Shown piece by piece: positions 6,708 through 13,878 of a stretch of 32,000 nt of DNA. The stretch's first letter is position 1; the number at the start of each line of letters is the position of its first letter. This stretch comes from Kiritimatiella glycovorans (GTDB lineage Bacteria > Verrucomicrobiota > Kiritimatiellia > Kiritimatiellales > Kiritimatiellaceae): assembly GCF_001017655.1 (NCBI RefSeq), contig NZ_CP010904.1:2520001-2552000 (forward strand), given 5' to 3'. The position numbers and the translations under genes were made by a program. The notes under the pieces are model-generated. The model did no database searches. It had not been told where the DNA came from and worked only from the letters and a program-made list of their open reading frames with translations.

Positions 6708-7999
6708 ATACGGAACAACTTCAGCAGCTCGACCTTCAACATCTCTGGCACCCCTATACCCGGTTTTCCGCCCAGCGCGCCGGGCTGCCGGTCATCGAAC
6801 GCGGAGAGGGCGTCTATCTGTTCGACCGCGAGGGACGCCGCTACCTGGATGCGGTATCGTCGTGGTGGGCGTGCGCGCTGGGCCACGGACATCCGCGTCT
6901 GCTCGAGGCGATGCGACGTCAGTCGGAGACGCTCCAGCACAGCATCCTCGGCAACCTGATCCACCCGCGCGCCGTCGAACTGGCCGATGAAATCGCCCGC
7001 TGGATGCCCACGCCGGAACGCCACGTGATGTTCGCCTCCGACGGCGCGAGCGCCTGTGAGGCGGCGCTGAAAATCGCGGTGCAATACCACTACAACCGCG
7101 GCACGCGGGGCCGGACCCGCTTCATGAGTATTGAGCAGGACTATCACGGCGACACGATCGGCGCGCTCTCGGTGGGCTATCTCGAGCAGTTCCACCGCGC
7201 CTACGACGGGGTGATCCCGCGCGAGCTGCGCGTTCCGCTTCCCGACTACGAAACCGGCGCGGGATTCGAGCCCACCCGCCGCCTCATGGAGGAACACGGC
7301 GACACGCTCGCGGCGGTGATCGTCGAACCGCTCTGCCAGGGCGCGAACGGGATGCGGATGTATCCGGCGCAGTACCTGGCCGATCTCGCTCAGGCCTGCC
7401 GCGAACGCGGGATCGTGATGATCAGCGACGAGATCGCAATGGGGTTCGGCCGGACCGGACGCAATTTCGCGTTCGAGCACGCCGGCATCGACCCCGATAT
7501 CGTCTGCCTCGGCAAGGCGCTCTCCTCGGGTTACATGCCCATCAGCGCGACGGTGGTCAAAGATGAACTCTTTGCGACGTTCGATGACGAACGCGAGCAG
7601 GACGGCACGTTCTACCACGGCCACACGTGGTGCGGGCACCCCATCGCCTGCGCCGTGGCGCTGGAGGCGCTGGAGATCTACCGCGAAATGGATATCGCCG
7701 CCCGCGCCGCGAAACGGGGGGCGCGGATGACGGAACACTTTCGCGAACTCGAGGGGCGGCCCGGTGTCCGCGACGTACGCACGCTCGGCATGATCGCCGT
7801 GGCCGAACTCGAACCCGCGCCCGACAGCCGCGCGCGCGCCGACCGCATCCGCGCCGCGCTGCTCGAACGGGACATCCTCGTGCGACCGCTCGGCGATGTC
7901 TTTTACCTCATGCCGCCGACGATCATCGACGAGGAGGTCCTGGACGGATTGTGCCGCGATTTCGTGGAGATCCTGCGGAAAGAGAGCAGCGGTTCGTAG
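6704..7999 (+). CDS. bioA: Adenosylmethionine-8-amino-7-oxononanoate aminotransferase (class III PLP aminotransferase)
   Basis: MNTEQLQQLDLQHLWHPYT...SSWWACALGHGHP...DEIAMGFGRTGRNFAFEHAGIDPDIVCLGKALSSGYMPISA closely follows the BioA pattern. The start is set at the internal ATG 6704 of track ORF 6386-7999. Confidence 0.85.
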   Translation: MNTEQLQQLDLQHLWHPYTRFSAQRAGLPVIERGEGVYLFDREGRRYLDAVSSWWACALGHGHPRLLEAMRRQSETLQHSILGNLIHPRAVELADEIARWMPTPERHVMFASDGASACEAALKIAVQYHYNRGTRGRTRFMSIEQDYHGDTIGALSVGYLEQFHRAYDGVIPRELRVPLPDYETGAGFEPTRRLMEEHGDTLAAVIVEPLCQGANGMRMYPAQYLADLAQACRERGIVMISDEIAMGFGRTGRNFAFEHAGIDPDIVCLGKALSSGYMPISATVVKDELFATFDDEREQDGTFYHGHTWCGHPIACAVALEALEIYREMDIAARAAKRGARMTEHFRELEGRPGVRDVRTLGMIAVAELEPAPDSRARADRIRAALLERDILVRPLGDVFYLMPPTIIDEEVLDGLCRDFVEILRKESSGS

Positions 8000-8143
8000 T
8001 TCTTCGTTTTGGCGCTTTCTGATTACGCGTATCATGGAACGGGGTACGCTGAAGGACGTCATGCTCGCCTGGGCATTCTACGGCGAAGATCGGGTTCGGG
8101 AGGCGCTGGTTTCCGCCCGTGCACTCAGCCGGAAGACCATCTC

Positions 8144-8353
8144 CTTCCTGAGTTCAACATGGGGACACCCGGGGGAATATCGTACTCGTACTCGTACTCA
8201 GCGAAGGGGTACTCGTACTCGAATTCCTTGAATCGATGGATGGGATCGCGCCTTCGGCGCTCCGAGTACGCGTACGAATTATGTTCTCTCTGAATCCCGA
8301 TTTCGACTTCGATTCGGATTTCGAGATTTCATCCGTGTCATCGGTGTAATCCG
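8144..8353 (+). repeat. Repeat family A, copy A2 (uninterrupted)
   Basis: CTTCCTGAGTTCAACATGGGGACACCCGGGGGAATATC(GTACTC)3AGCGAAGGG(GTACTC)2...GGATCGCGCCTTCGGCGCTCCGAGTACGCGTACGAATTATGTTC...(GATTTC-type hexamers)...ATCCGTGTCATCGGTGTAATCCG. It includes the hairpin GCGCC-TTCG-GGCGC. Confidence 0.8.
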
Positions 8354-8449
8354 TGGCCGAAAACACAAGAAAGGTCTCTCGCCAAGGCGCAGAGATCGCA
8401 AAGATGAATGAGAAGAGCACAGGCAAAGAAATGGTGCGTTCTCTCTTAC

Positions 8450-8749
8450 GTTCGTAGTAGGCCCGCAGGTCCGCGCAGCGGAAAAAGTTCGTAGTAGGCC
8501 CGCAGGTCCGCGAAGCGGGGCCAGGGCCGTTATCTTTCACGCGCCTTGGCCCTTCGGGCCCTTGCGGCGCTACTACGAACGTTTCATCTCACGCGCGTCC
8601 TTAACGTTTGTAGTAGGCCCGCAGGCCTGCGAAGCGGGGCCAGGGCCGTTATCTTCACGCGCCTGGCCTGCCGGGGGCAGGCTTGCGGCGCTACTACGAA
8701 CGATATCACGCGCCTTGGCCCTTCGGGCGCTTACGGCGCTACTACGAAC
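8450..8749. repeat. Repeat family B cluster: palindromic ~95-bp units with 11-bp termini GTTCGTAGTAG...CTACTACGAAC
   Basis: Two full units at 8487-8580 and 8606-8701, a left arm only at 8450-8481 and a right arm only at 8702-8749. The internal segment GGCCCGCAGGTCCGCGAAGCGGGGCCAGGGCCGTTATCTT(T)CACGCGCC is repeated almost exactly. Confidence 0.8.
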
Positions 8750-8871
8750 GTTTGTCGTCTTCCATCCCGCCTCTTCCCCGAACGGCTCCACCGCAAAATC
8801 TGCGGAAAACCGGATTTTTGTAGAACTACTGAAATCGTAGCGGCTGGATTAGAAATCCGCTCGCGTCACAA

Positions 8872-8996
8872 CGTACGCGTACTCGTACTCAGCGAAGCGG
8901 TACGCGTACTCGATTTTTTTGAACAGGCGGAGTGGGATCGCGCCTTCGGCGCTCCGAGTACGCGTACGCGTACGAGTACGAGTACGAATTATGTTC
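8872..8996 (+). repeat. Repeat family A, copy A3 (lacks the CCTGAGTTCAAC left end)
   Basis: CGTACGCGTACTCGTACTCAGCGAAGCGGTACGCGTACTCG...GGATCGCGCCTTCGGCGCTCCGAGTACGCGTACGCGTACGAGTACGAGTACGAATTATGTTC. The GTACTC and GAGTAC tracts form nested inverted arms. Confidence 0.75.
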
Positions 8997-9113
8997 ACCC
9001 CTTCATGCTCTTCATATCCTTCATGGTGAATCCGATGCTCTCTCCCCCTGCGATCTCCCGCATCCCACCTGTCCCGGGAACCCTTCCATAATGATCCACG
9101 AATAACCTCTGAT

Positions 9114-10112
9114 TCACTGCGGGTTCATTTTGATTTCCCTGATGAGCCATTTCGTAAAGCCCAGAACGGAGTGGGGGTTGGATTCGGGACCGACCGGACG
9201 CCCGCGACCGGAGCCGTGAGGGAAGGTATTCAGATAATAGTGCATGCGCGGATGATGCTTCGGCAGGCCGGCGTCCCAGTACTTTTTGAGCCAGTCCCGC
9301 TCGATAAACGGGTAGTACCGGTCTGACTTCCAGATTACGGGACCGAAGTAGAAGATATATTCCTTGTCGCGGGCGAGCGTCCATCTGGCGCCCCGCACCA
9401 CTTTCGCCGGCCCGGACCACCCGGTCTCCAGCGGCCAGTGCCGGTTGAACTGGTGCGCTTCGTACGCAACCCCCTCCATCTTATCTATGATGCGCTGCGC
9501 TTTCCGGTTCGCGGCGAAAAACACGGGATGCTCCACCATCTGGATGAGCGAATAGTCGGCGTGCCTGATCAGACCCCGTTCATGGGCGCGGCGGAAGAGG
9601 GCGCGGATAGCGTCCACGTCTTCAGCAAAGAGAATCCGGGTGTCTTCTTTGAACGGACCCGGCTCCGCATCCGGATGCCCTCTATGGATGGCAAGCCTGT
9701 ACTCGCGACAGATCAGGATATGCTCGATCACTCCACCCCGGGATTCCCATTTCCGGATCTGTTTCACGAGGTGGTTCTTTTCCGGATCCAGATCGTCGCG
9801 GGCCCGGCTGAGCCCCCAGTAATACTCGAAGAAGACGCGCCGGGTCTCGAAGTCGCCGTCCAGCCAGCCCTTGACCACATCCAGGTGTTCGGCGACGAAG
9901 GGATAATGTCCCGTCTGTTTGTCAAAGGTAGGCAGACCCGCCCAGGACCCGCCGTGATTCGATTTCAGATCGCGCTCGTACCGGGGCAGCGGGCGGAGGC
10001 CGACATAACCGCAACGCCGGGTCGACCCGGTTTCTCCGGCATGGACGCCGAGCAGGCCCGATAAAGCCAGCGCCGTCAGCGCAAAGACGGCTTTTTTCCG
10101 GCGCTTACTCAT
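9114..10112 (-). CDS. Secreted hypothetical protein
   Basis: 332 aa with signal peptide MSKRRKKAVFALTALALSGLLGVHA and a balanced, Trp/Tyr/His-rich composition unlike the antisense artefacts. I recognise no family. Its start overlaps the rsmB stop by 8 nt. Confidence 0.7.
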   Translation of the reverse strand: MSKRRKKAVFALTALALSGLLGVHAGETGSTRRCGYVGLRPLPRYERDLKSNHGGSWAGLPTFDKQTGHYPFVAEHLDVVKGWLDGDFETRRVFFEYYWGLSRARDDLDPEKNHLVKQIRKWESRGGVIEHILICREYRLAIHRGHPDAEPGPFKEDTRILFAEDVDAIRALFRRAHERGLIRHADYSLIQMVEHPVFFAANRKAQRIIDKMEGVAYEAHQFNRHWPLETGWSGPAKVVRGARWTLARDKEYIFYFGPVIWKSDRYYPFIERDWLKKYWDAGLPKHHPRMHYYLNTFPHGSGRGRPVGPESNPHSVLGFTKWLIREIKMNPQ

Positions 10113-11406
10113 AAAAACTCTCTTTTCTCAGCCGGGCGATGAACATCCCGGAGCACGGGCCGTCCTGCGGAAGGACCCAGGCGGCGCCGTCGGTGTTCCC
10201 GCCGCCGAGCGGATGGGGAAAGGCTTCGGGCGCGAGATCGTCCCGTGCCTCCAGCAGATCCTGCACGACCTCCATCGTTTCGGTCGAGGTGAGCGTGCAT
10301 ACCGAATAGACCAGGATGCCGCCGGGGCGGAGGGCTTCGGCGCCGCGTTGCAGCAGCGCGCGCTGGATCTCCCGCTTGCGTTCCGGCATCGATCCGTCGG
10401 TGCGCCACCGCGCGTCGGGATTGCGCGACCACGTTCCCATACCGGAACAGGGCGCATCGATGAGCACCCCGTCGAACCGCTCCTCCGGCACACGGGCGGC
10501 GGCGTCGAGCACGGCAGCCCGCACGGACTTCATCCCCGACGCCCGGGCGCGCTGTTTCAGGTTGCGCACGATCCCTTCCCTGCGATCGGTGGCCAGCACC
10601 CGGCCCTGCCCCTCCATCCGGTCGGCGAGGTGGAGCGCCTTGCCCCCGGCCCCTGCGCATACGTCCCACCAGGCCTCTCCGGGCCGCGGATCGCAGACCG
10701 CCCCGACGCACTGCGAGGCGAGATCCTGGACCTCGAATGTGCGGCCCGCCTTTTTACGCAATTCGCCCAGATGGAACCCGCCCTCGATCGCCAGAGCTTC
10801 CGACGGCCCCTCGGCGAACTCGATGCCCTGCGCGGCCAGGGCCTCCCGGACCCGGTCCGCGCGGTTCGGGCGCACCCGCAACCAGGTGGGCGGGCGGTCC
10901 TGGAACGATTCGATAATCTCCGCGACCCCTTCCGGGGCGATGCGGCCCAGCTGCTCTCCCGCCCAGGCGGGCACCAGCTCGGTCACGTCCAGCGGGGGAT
11001 TGGCCCGGAGGGTCTCCTGCAGCGCCGCGCGCCGCTCCTCCAGCGTCCCGGGCACAACCCGGCCGCCCGGGTCGCTGCCGCACTCCGCCGCAAACCGCTC
11101 CACGGGAGGCGGAGGGGCTTCGCCGTCGAGCCTCCACGCCACCGCGCAGCTCGCCGCCGGATCGAGCCCCCGCTCGCGCGTCCACCCCCGCCAGCGGAAG
11201 AAGGCGAAGACCGTATCGCCGATCAGGCGCCGGTCGCGCGACCCCAGCTCGCGCCGCGAGCGGAACAGCCCGCGCAGCATGGTATCGGCCGGCCGGCCTC
11301 CGTCGATCACCTCATCCTCCGCGCGTTCAATGACTTCGCGGAGCACTTCGGCCTGCCGACGCACAATCGATGCGCGCCTCGTTTCGGACGGATTGGTATT
11401 TGTCAT
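10105..11406 (-). CDS. rsmB: 16S rRNA (cytosine-C5)-methyltransferase, RsmB/Sun (NOL1/NOP2/Sun) family
   Basis: NusB-like N-terminal region followed by a SAM-MTase core: FEVQDLASQ..WWDVCAGAGGKALHLA..ATDR..DGVLIDAPCSGMGTWSRNPDARW..ILVYSVCTL. Confidence 0.8.
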   Translation of the reverse strand: MTNTNPSETRRASIVRRQAEVLREVIERAEDEVIDGGRPADTMLRGLFRSRRELGSRDRRLIGDTVFAFFRWRGWTRERGLDPAASCAVAWRLDGEAPPPPVERFAAECGSDPGGRVVPGTLEERRAALQETLRANPPLDVTELVPAWAGEQLGRIAPEGVAEIIESFQDRPPTWLRVRPNRADRVREALAAQGIEFAEGPSEALAIEGGFHLGELRKKAGRTFEVQDLASQCVGAVCDPRPGEAWWDVCAGAGGKALHLADRMEGQGRVLATDRREGIVRNLKQRARASGMKSVRAAVLDAAARVPEERFDGVLIDAPCSGMGTWSRNPDARWRTDGSMPERKREIQRALLQRGAEALRPGGILVYSVCTLTSTETMEVVQDLLEARDDLAPEAFPHPLGGGNTDGAAWVLPQDGPCSGMFIARLRKESFYE

Positions 11407-11489
11407 GGGCCTCTTTTCCGTTTAGGTTCCCCCCAACCTACATCGTGGCCCGGCCGACACCAAGGTCAAGCTTGATAAGGAGACGCCCC

Positions 11490-12671
11490 GTGGCGGATGA
11501 ACTGGCATTTGCATTGATCAATCCGTACACCCTGCGCAAGTCGCGCACCGGCGGGGTGATCGCCCGCCTGATTACCCTCACGGGCCTCGAGCTGGTGGCG
11601 GCCCGCATCTTCTGCCCGTCGCAGGAGCTGGCGGAACGCTACGCCGCACTGCTTAGGGAGAACGAGGACGTCGATCCCGCCAGTCGGCCGATCCTGGCCG
11701 ATTACGTCGAACACGCCTACACGCCCGACCCCAGGACGGGGCGCGGGCACCGGGTGATGATGCTCCTCTTCCGCGGCGAAGACGCCATCGGAAAGATCCG
11801 GCGTGCCACGGGCGGTCTGCGGCAGGATACCGGCTCCGCGGAAACCGTGCGCGCAACCTACGGGGACTACGTGGTCGACGACTCCGGCGAACTGATCTAC
11901 CTCGAACCCGCCGTCATGATCGAGACCTCCCGCGAGTCGGTCGCCCGTACGCTGGGCCTCTGGGCGGAATACAGCGCGCGCGACGGCGGTCTTCAGGAAC
12001 GCGCCGGCGACGTCGACGCGGGCGACGAGGTCCAGACCACGCTCGTGCTCATCAAGCCCGACAACTTCCGCTTCCCCAGCAGCCGCCCCGGGAACATCAT
12101 CGACCTCTTCTCGCGCTCCGGTCTGAGAATCGTAGGCGCACAGGTGCACCGGATGACGGTGTCCGAAGCCCTCGAATTCTACGGACCGGTGCGCGAGGTG
12201 CTGCGCGAAAAGCTGCGCTCAAAGGCCGCGGAGCTGGCCTCCTCCGCCGTGGAACATGAACTCGGGTTCACGATCCCCGACGAAGTCCGCGGCCGGCTGG
12301 CCGATGAACTCGGCCCCCTCTATGCCGACGACCAGTTTTACCGGATCATCCGGTTCATGACCGGCATGTGGGTTCCGGACGTGCCGGAGAAGGACCGCTC
12401 GCTGCCGGGCAGGGAACGCTGCCTGGCCATCGTCTACAAGGGACGCCATGCGATCGACCGCATCCGCTCGATCCTCGGCCCCACCGACCCCGACAAGGCG
12501 GAACCGGGCTCGGTCCGGCGCGAGTTCGGCCGCGATATCATGGTCAACGCCGCGCACGCCTCCGACTCGCCCGATAACGCGGCACGCGAACTGAATATTA
12601 TCCGCGTGGAAAAAGACACCATCCGGTCCTGGTACGAGGCGTACTACGAAACACCCAAAAAAGAGGGATGA
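11490..12671 (+). CDS. Tandem nucleoside-diphosphate-kinase-fold protein (degenerate N-domain plus His-containing C-domain)
   Basis: GTG start at 11490, 6 nt after AAGGAGA (11477-11483). The N-domain FALINPYTLRKSRTGGVIARL...VMMLLFRGEDAIGKIRRATG...ETVRATYG follows the NDK pattern but lacks the catalytic His. The C-domain TLVLIKPDNFRF..GNIIDLFSRSGLRIVG...GSVRREFGRDIMVNAAHASDSPDNAARELNII retains it. Confidence 0.75.
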   Translation: MADELAFALINPYTLRKSRTGGVIARLITLTGLELVAARIFCPSQELAERYAALLRENEDVDPASRPILADYVEHAYTPDPRTGRGHRVMMLLFRGEDAIGKIRRATGGLRQDTGSAETVRATYGDYVVDDSGELIYLEPAVMIETSRESVARTLGLWAEYSARDGGLQERAGDVDAGDEVQTTLVLIKPDNFRFPSSRPGNIIDLFSRSGLRIVGAQVHRMTVSEALEFYGPVREVLREKLRSKAAELASSAVEHELGFTIPDEVRGRLADELGPLYADDQFYRIIRFMTGMWVPDVPEKDRSLPGRERCLAIVYKGRHAIDRIRSILGPTDPDKAEPGSVRREFGRDIMVNAAHASDSPDNAARELNIIRVEKDTIRSWYEAYYETPKKEG

Positions 12672-12675
12672 GACG

Positions 12676-13878
12676 ATGAGCCTGTGGAAGAATATCGACC
12701 CCGCGCCCCCGGACGCCATCCTGGGACTCACCGAGGCCTTCAAAAAGGACCGGAACCCGAATAAAGTCAATCTCGGCGTAGGCATCTACAAGGCCGACAA
12801 CGGCCGGACCCCGGTACTGGAATCGGTGCGCGAGGCCGAGCGCCGCATTCTGGATGCCGGAGAGGAAAAGACCTACCTGCCCATCACCGGGTCCGAGGCC
12901 TACGGCGAGGCGGTCCGCGGGCTGCTCTTCGGCGAAAACGCCGGGGCGATGTCGGAACGCGCGGTGACCGCACACGCCCCGGGCGGCACCGGCGCCCTGC
13001 GGCTGGGGGCCGACCTCCTGCAGCGGTTCCGCTCCGCGTCGACCGTCTGGGTCAGCGACCCCACCTGGGCGAACCACCACGGGATCTTTGCGGCAGCGGG
13101 ATTCGAGATCCAATCCTACCCCTACTACGACCGCGAAAACAGCAGGCTGGATTTCGACGCGATGCTCGCCGCCCTGAAGGACGTGCCCGCGAACGACATC
13201 GTTCTGCTGCACGTCTGCTGCCACAATCCGACCGGCGAAGACCTTTCGCCCGAGCAGTGGGAAGCGCTCGCCGCGGCGGCATGCGAAAAGGGGTGGATCC
13301 CGTTCCTCGATTTCGCCTACCAGGGATTCGCGGAAGGACTGGAGGCGGATCGGCGGGGGGTCCGCGCGATGGCGGAGGCCGGGCCGGACTGTCTGATCGC
13401 CGGCTCGTTCTCCAAGAACTTCGGCCTCTACTGCGAACGGGCCGGCTCTCTGACGCTGACCGCCCACACCGCGGACGACGCCGCCACCGCCGAGAGCCAC
13501 CTCAAGAAGACGGCGCGCGTGCTCTACTCCAACCCGCCCGCCCACGGGGCGCGGATCGTCACCACGATCCTCGACGACCCGACCCTCGCCGCGCAGTGGA
13601 AAGAGGAACTGGCCGGGATGCGCCGGCGGATCCACGCCATGCGCCGTCAGCTCGCGGACGGTCTGCGCTCGCGCGACGTGCCGCTCGAATGCGATCACTT
13701 CGAACGGCAGCAGGGCATGTTCTCGTTCAGCGGGCTGAACGGGGAACAGGTCGACTTCCTCCGCGACGAAAAGAGCATCTACATCGTGCGCAGCGGACGG
13801 ATCAACGTGTCCGGACTCACGGCCGACAATATCGATTACGTATGCGAGTCGATCGCCGAGGCGGTGAAAACCCGATGA
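12676..13878 (+). CDS. aspC: Aspartate/aromatic amino acid aminotransferase (class I, AspC type)
   Basis: Collinear with E. coli AspC as I recall it: DPILGL..FKKD..KVNLGVGIYK..G.TPVL, HNPTG, FLDFAYQGF, SFSKNFGLY.ER, YSNPPAHGA, GMFSFSGL, SGRINV. Confidence 0.9.
   Translation: MSLWKNIDPAPPDAILGLTEAFKKDRNPNKVNLGVGIYKADNGRTPVLESVREAERRILDAGEEKTYLPITGSEAYGEAVRGLLFGENAGAMSERAVTAHAPGGTGALRLGADLLQRFRSASTVWVSDPTWANHHGIFAAAGFEIQSYPYYDRENSRLDFDAMLAALKDVPANDIVLLHVCCHNPTGEDLSPEQWEALAAAACEKGWIPFLDFAYQGFAEGLEADRRGVRAMAEAGPDCLIAGSFSKNFGLYCERAGSLTLTAHTADDAATAESHLKKTARVLYSNPPAHGARIVTTILDDPTLAAQWKEELAGMRRRIHAMRRQLADGLRSRDVPLECDHFERQQGMFSFSGLNGEQVDFLRDEKSIYIVRSGRINVSGLTADNIDYVCESIAEAVKTR

Noticed and set aside
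6656-8062. 468-aa minus-strand ORF
   Set aside because: It is antisense to bioA, whose product is clearly recognisable. Its composition is Arg/Ala/Gly/Val/His-rich, as is typical of antisense frames in GC-rich genes.
8450-8749. Possible CRISPR array or tRNA-like cluster in the GTTCGTAGTAG repeats
   Set aside because: The units are internally palindromic with inverted termini and have near-identical interiors. There are no unique spacers and no cloverleaf can be drawn.
8154-9091. ORFs of 128, 181, 92 and 72 aa inside the 8.0-9.1 kb spacer
   Set aside because: They are composed almost entirely of translated repeat units (TRTRT, SKSESKS, LRALAALLRTF repeated). They use TTG or GTG starts and have no coding-like composition.
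10213-11475. 420-aa and 369-aa plus-strand ORFs, plus several minus-strand off-frame ORFs, within rsmB
   Set aside because: They overlap the well-supported rsmB frame and are extremely Arg/Pro/Ala/Gly-rich.
12598-13698. 366-aa minus-strand ORF
   Set aside because: It is antisense to aspC, which matches E. coli AspC block by block.
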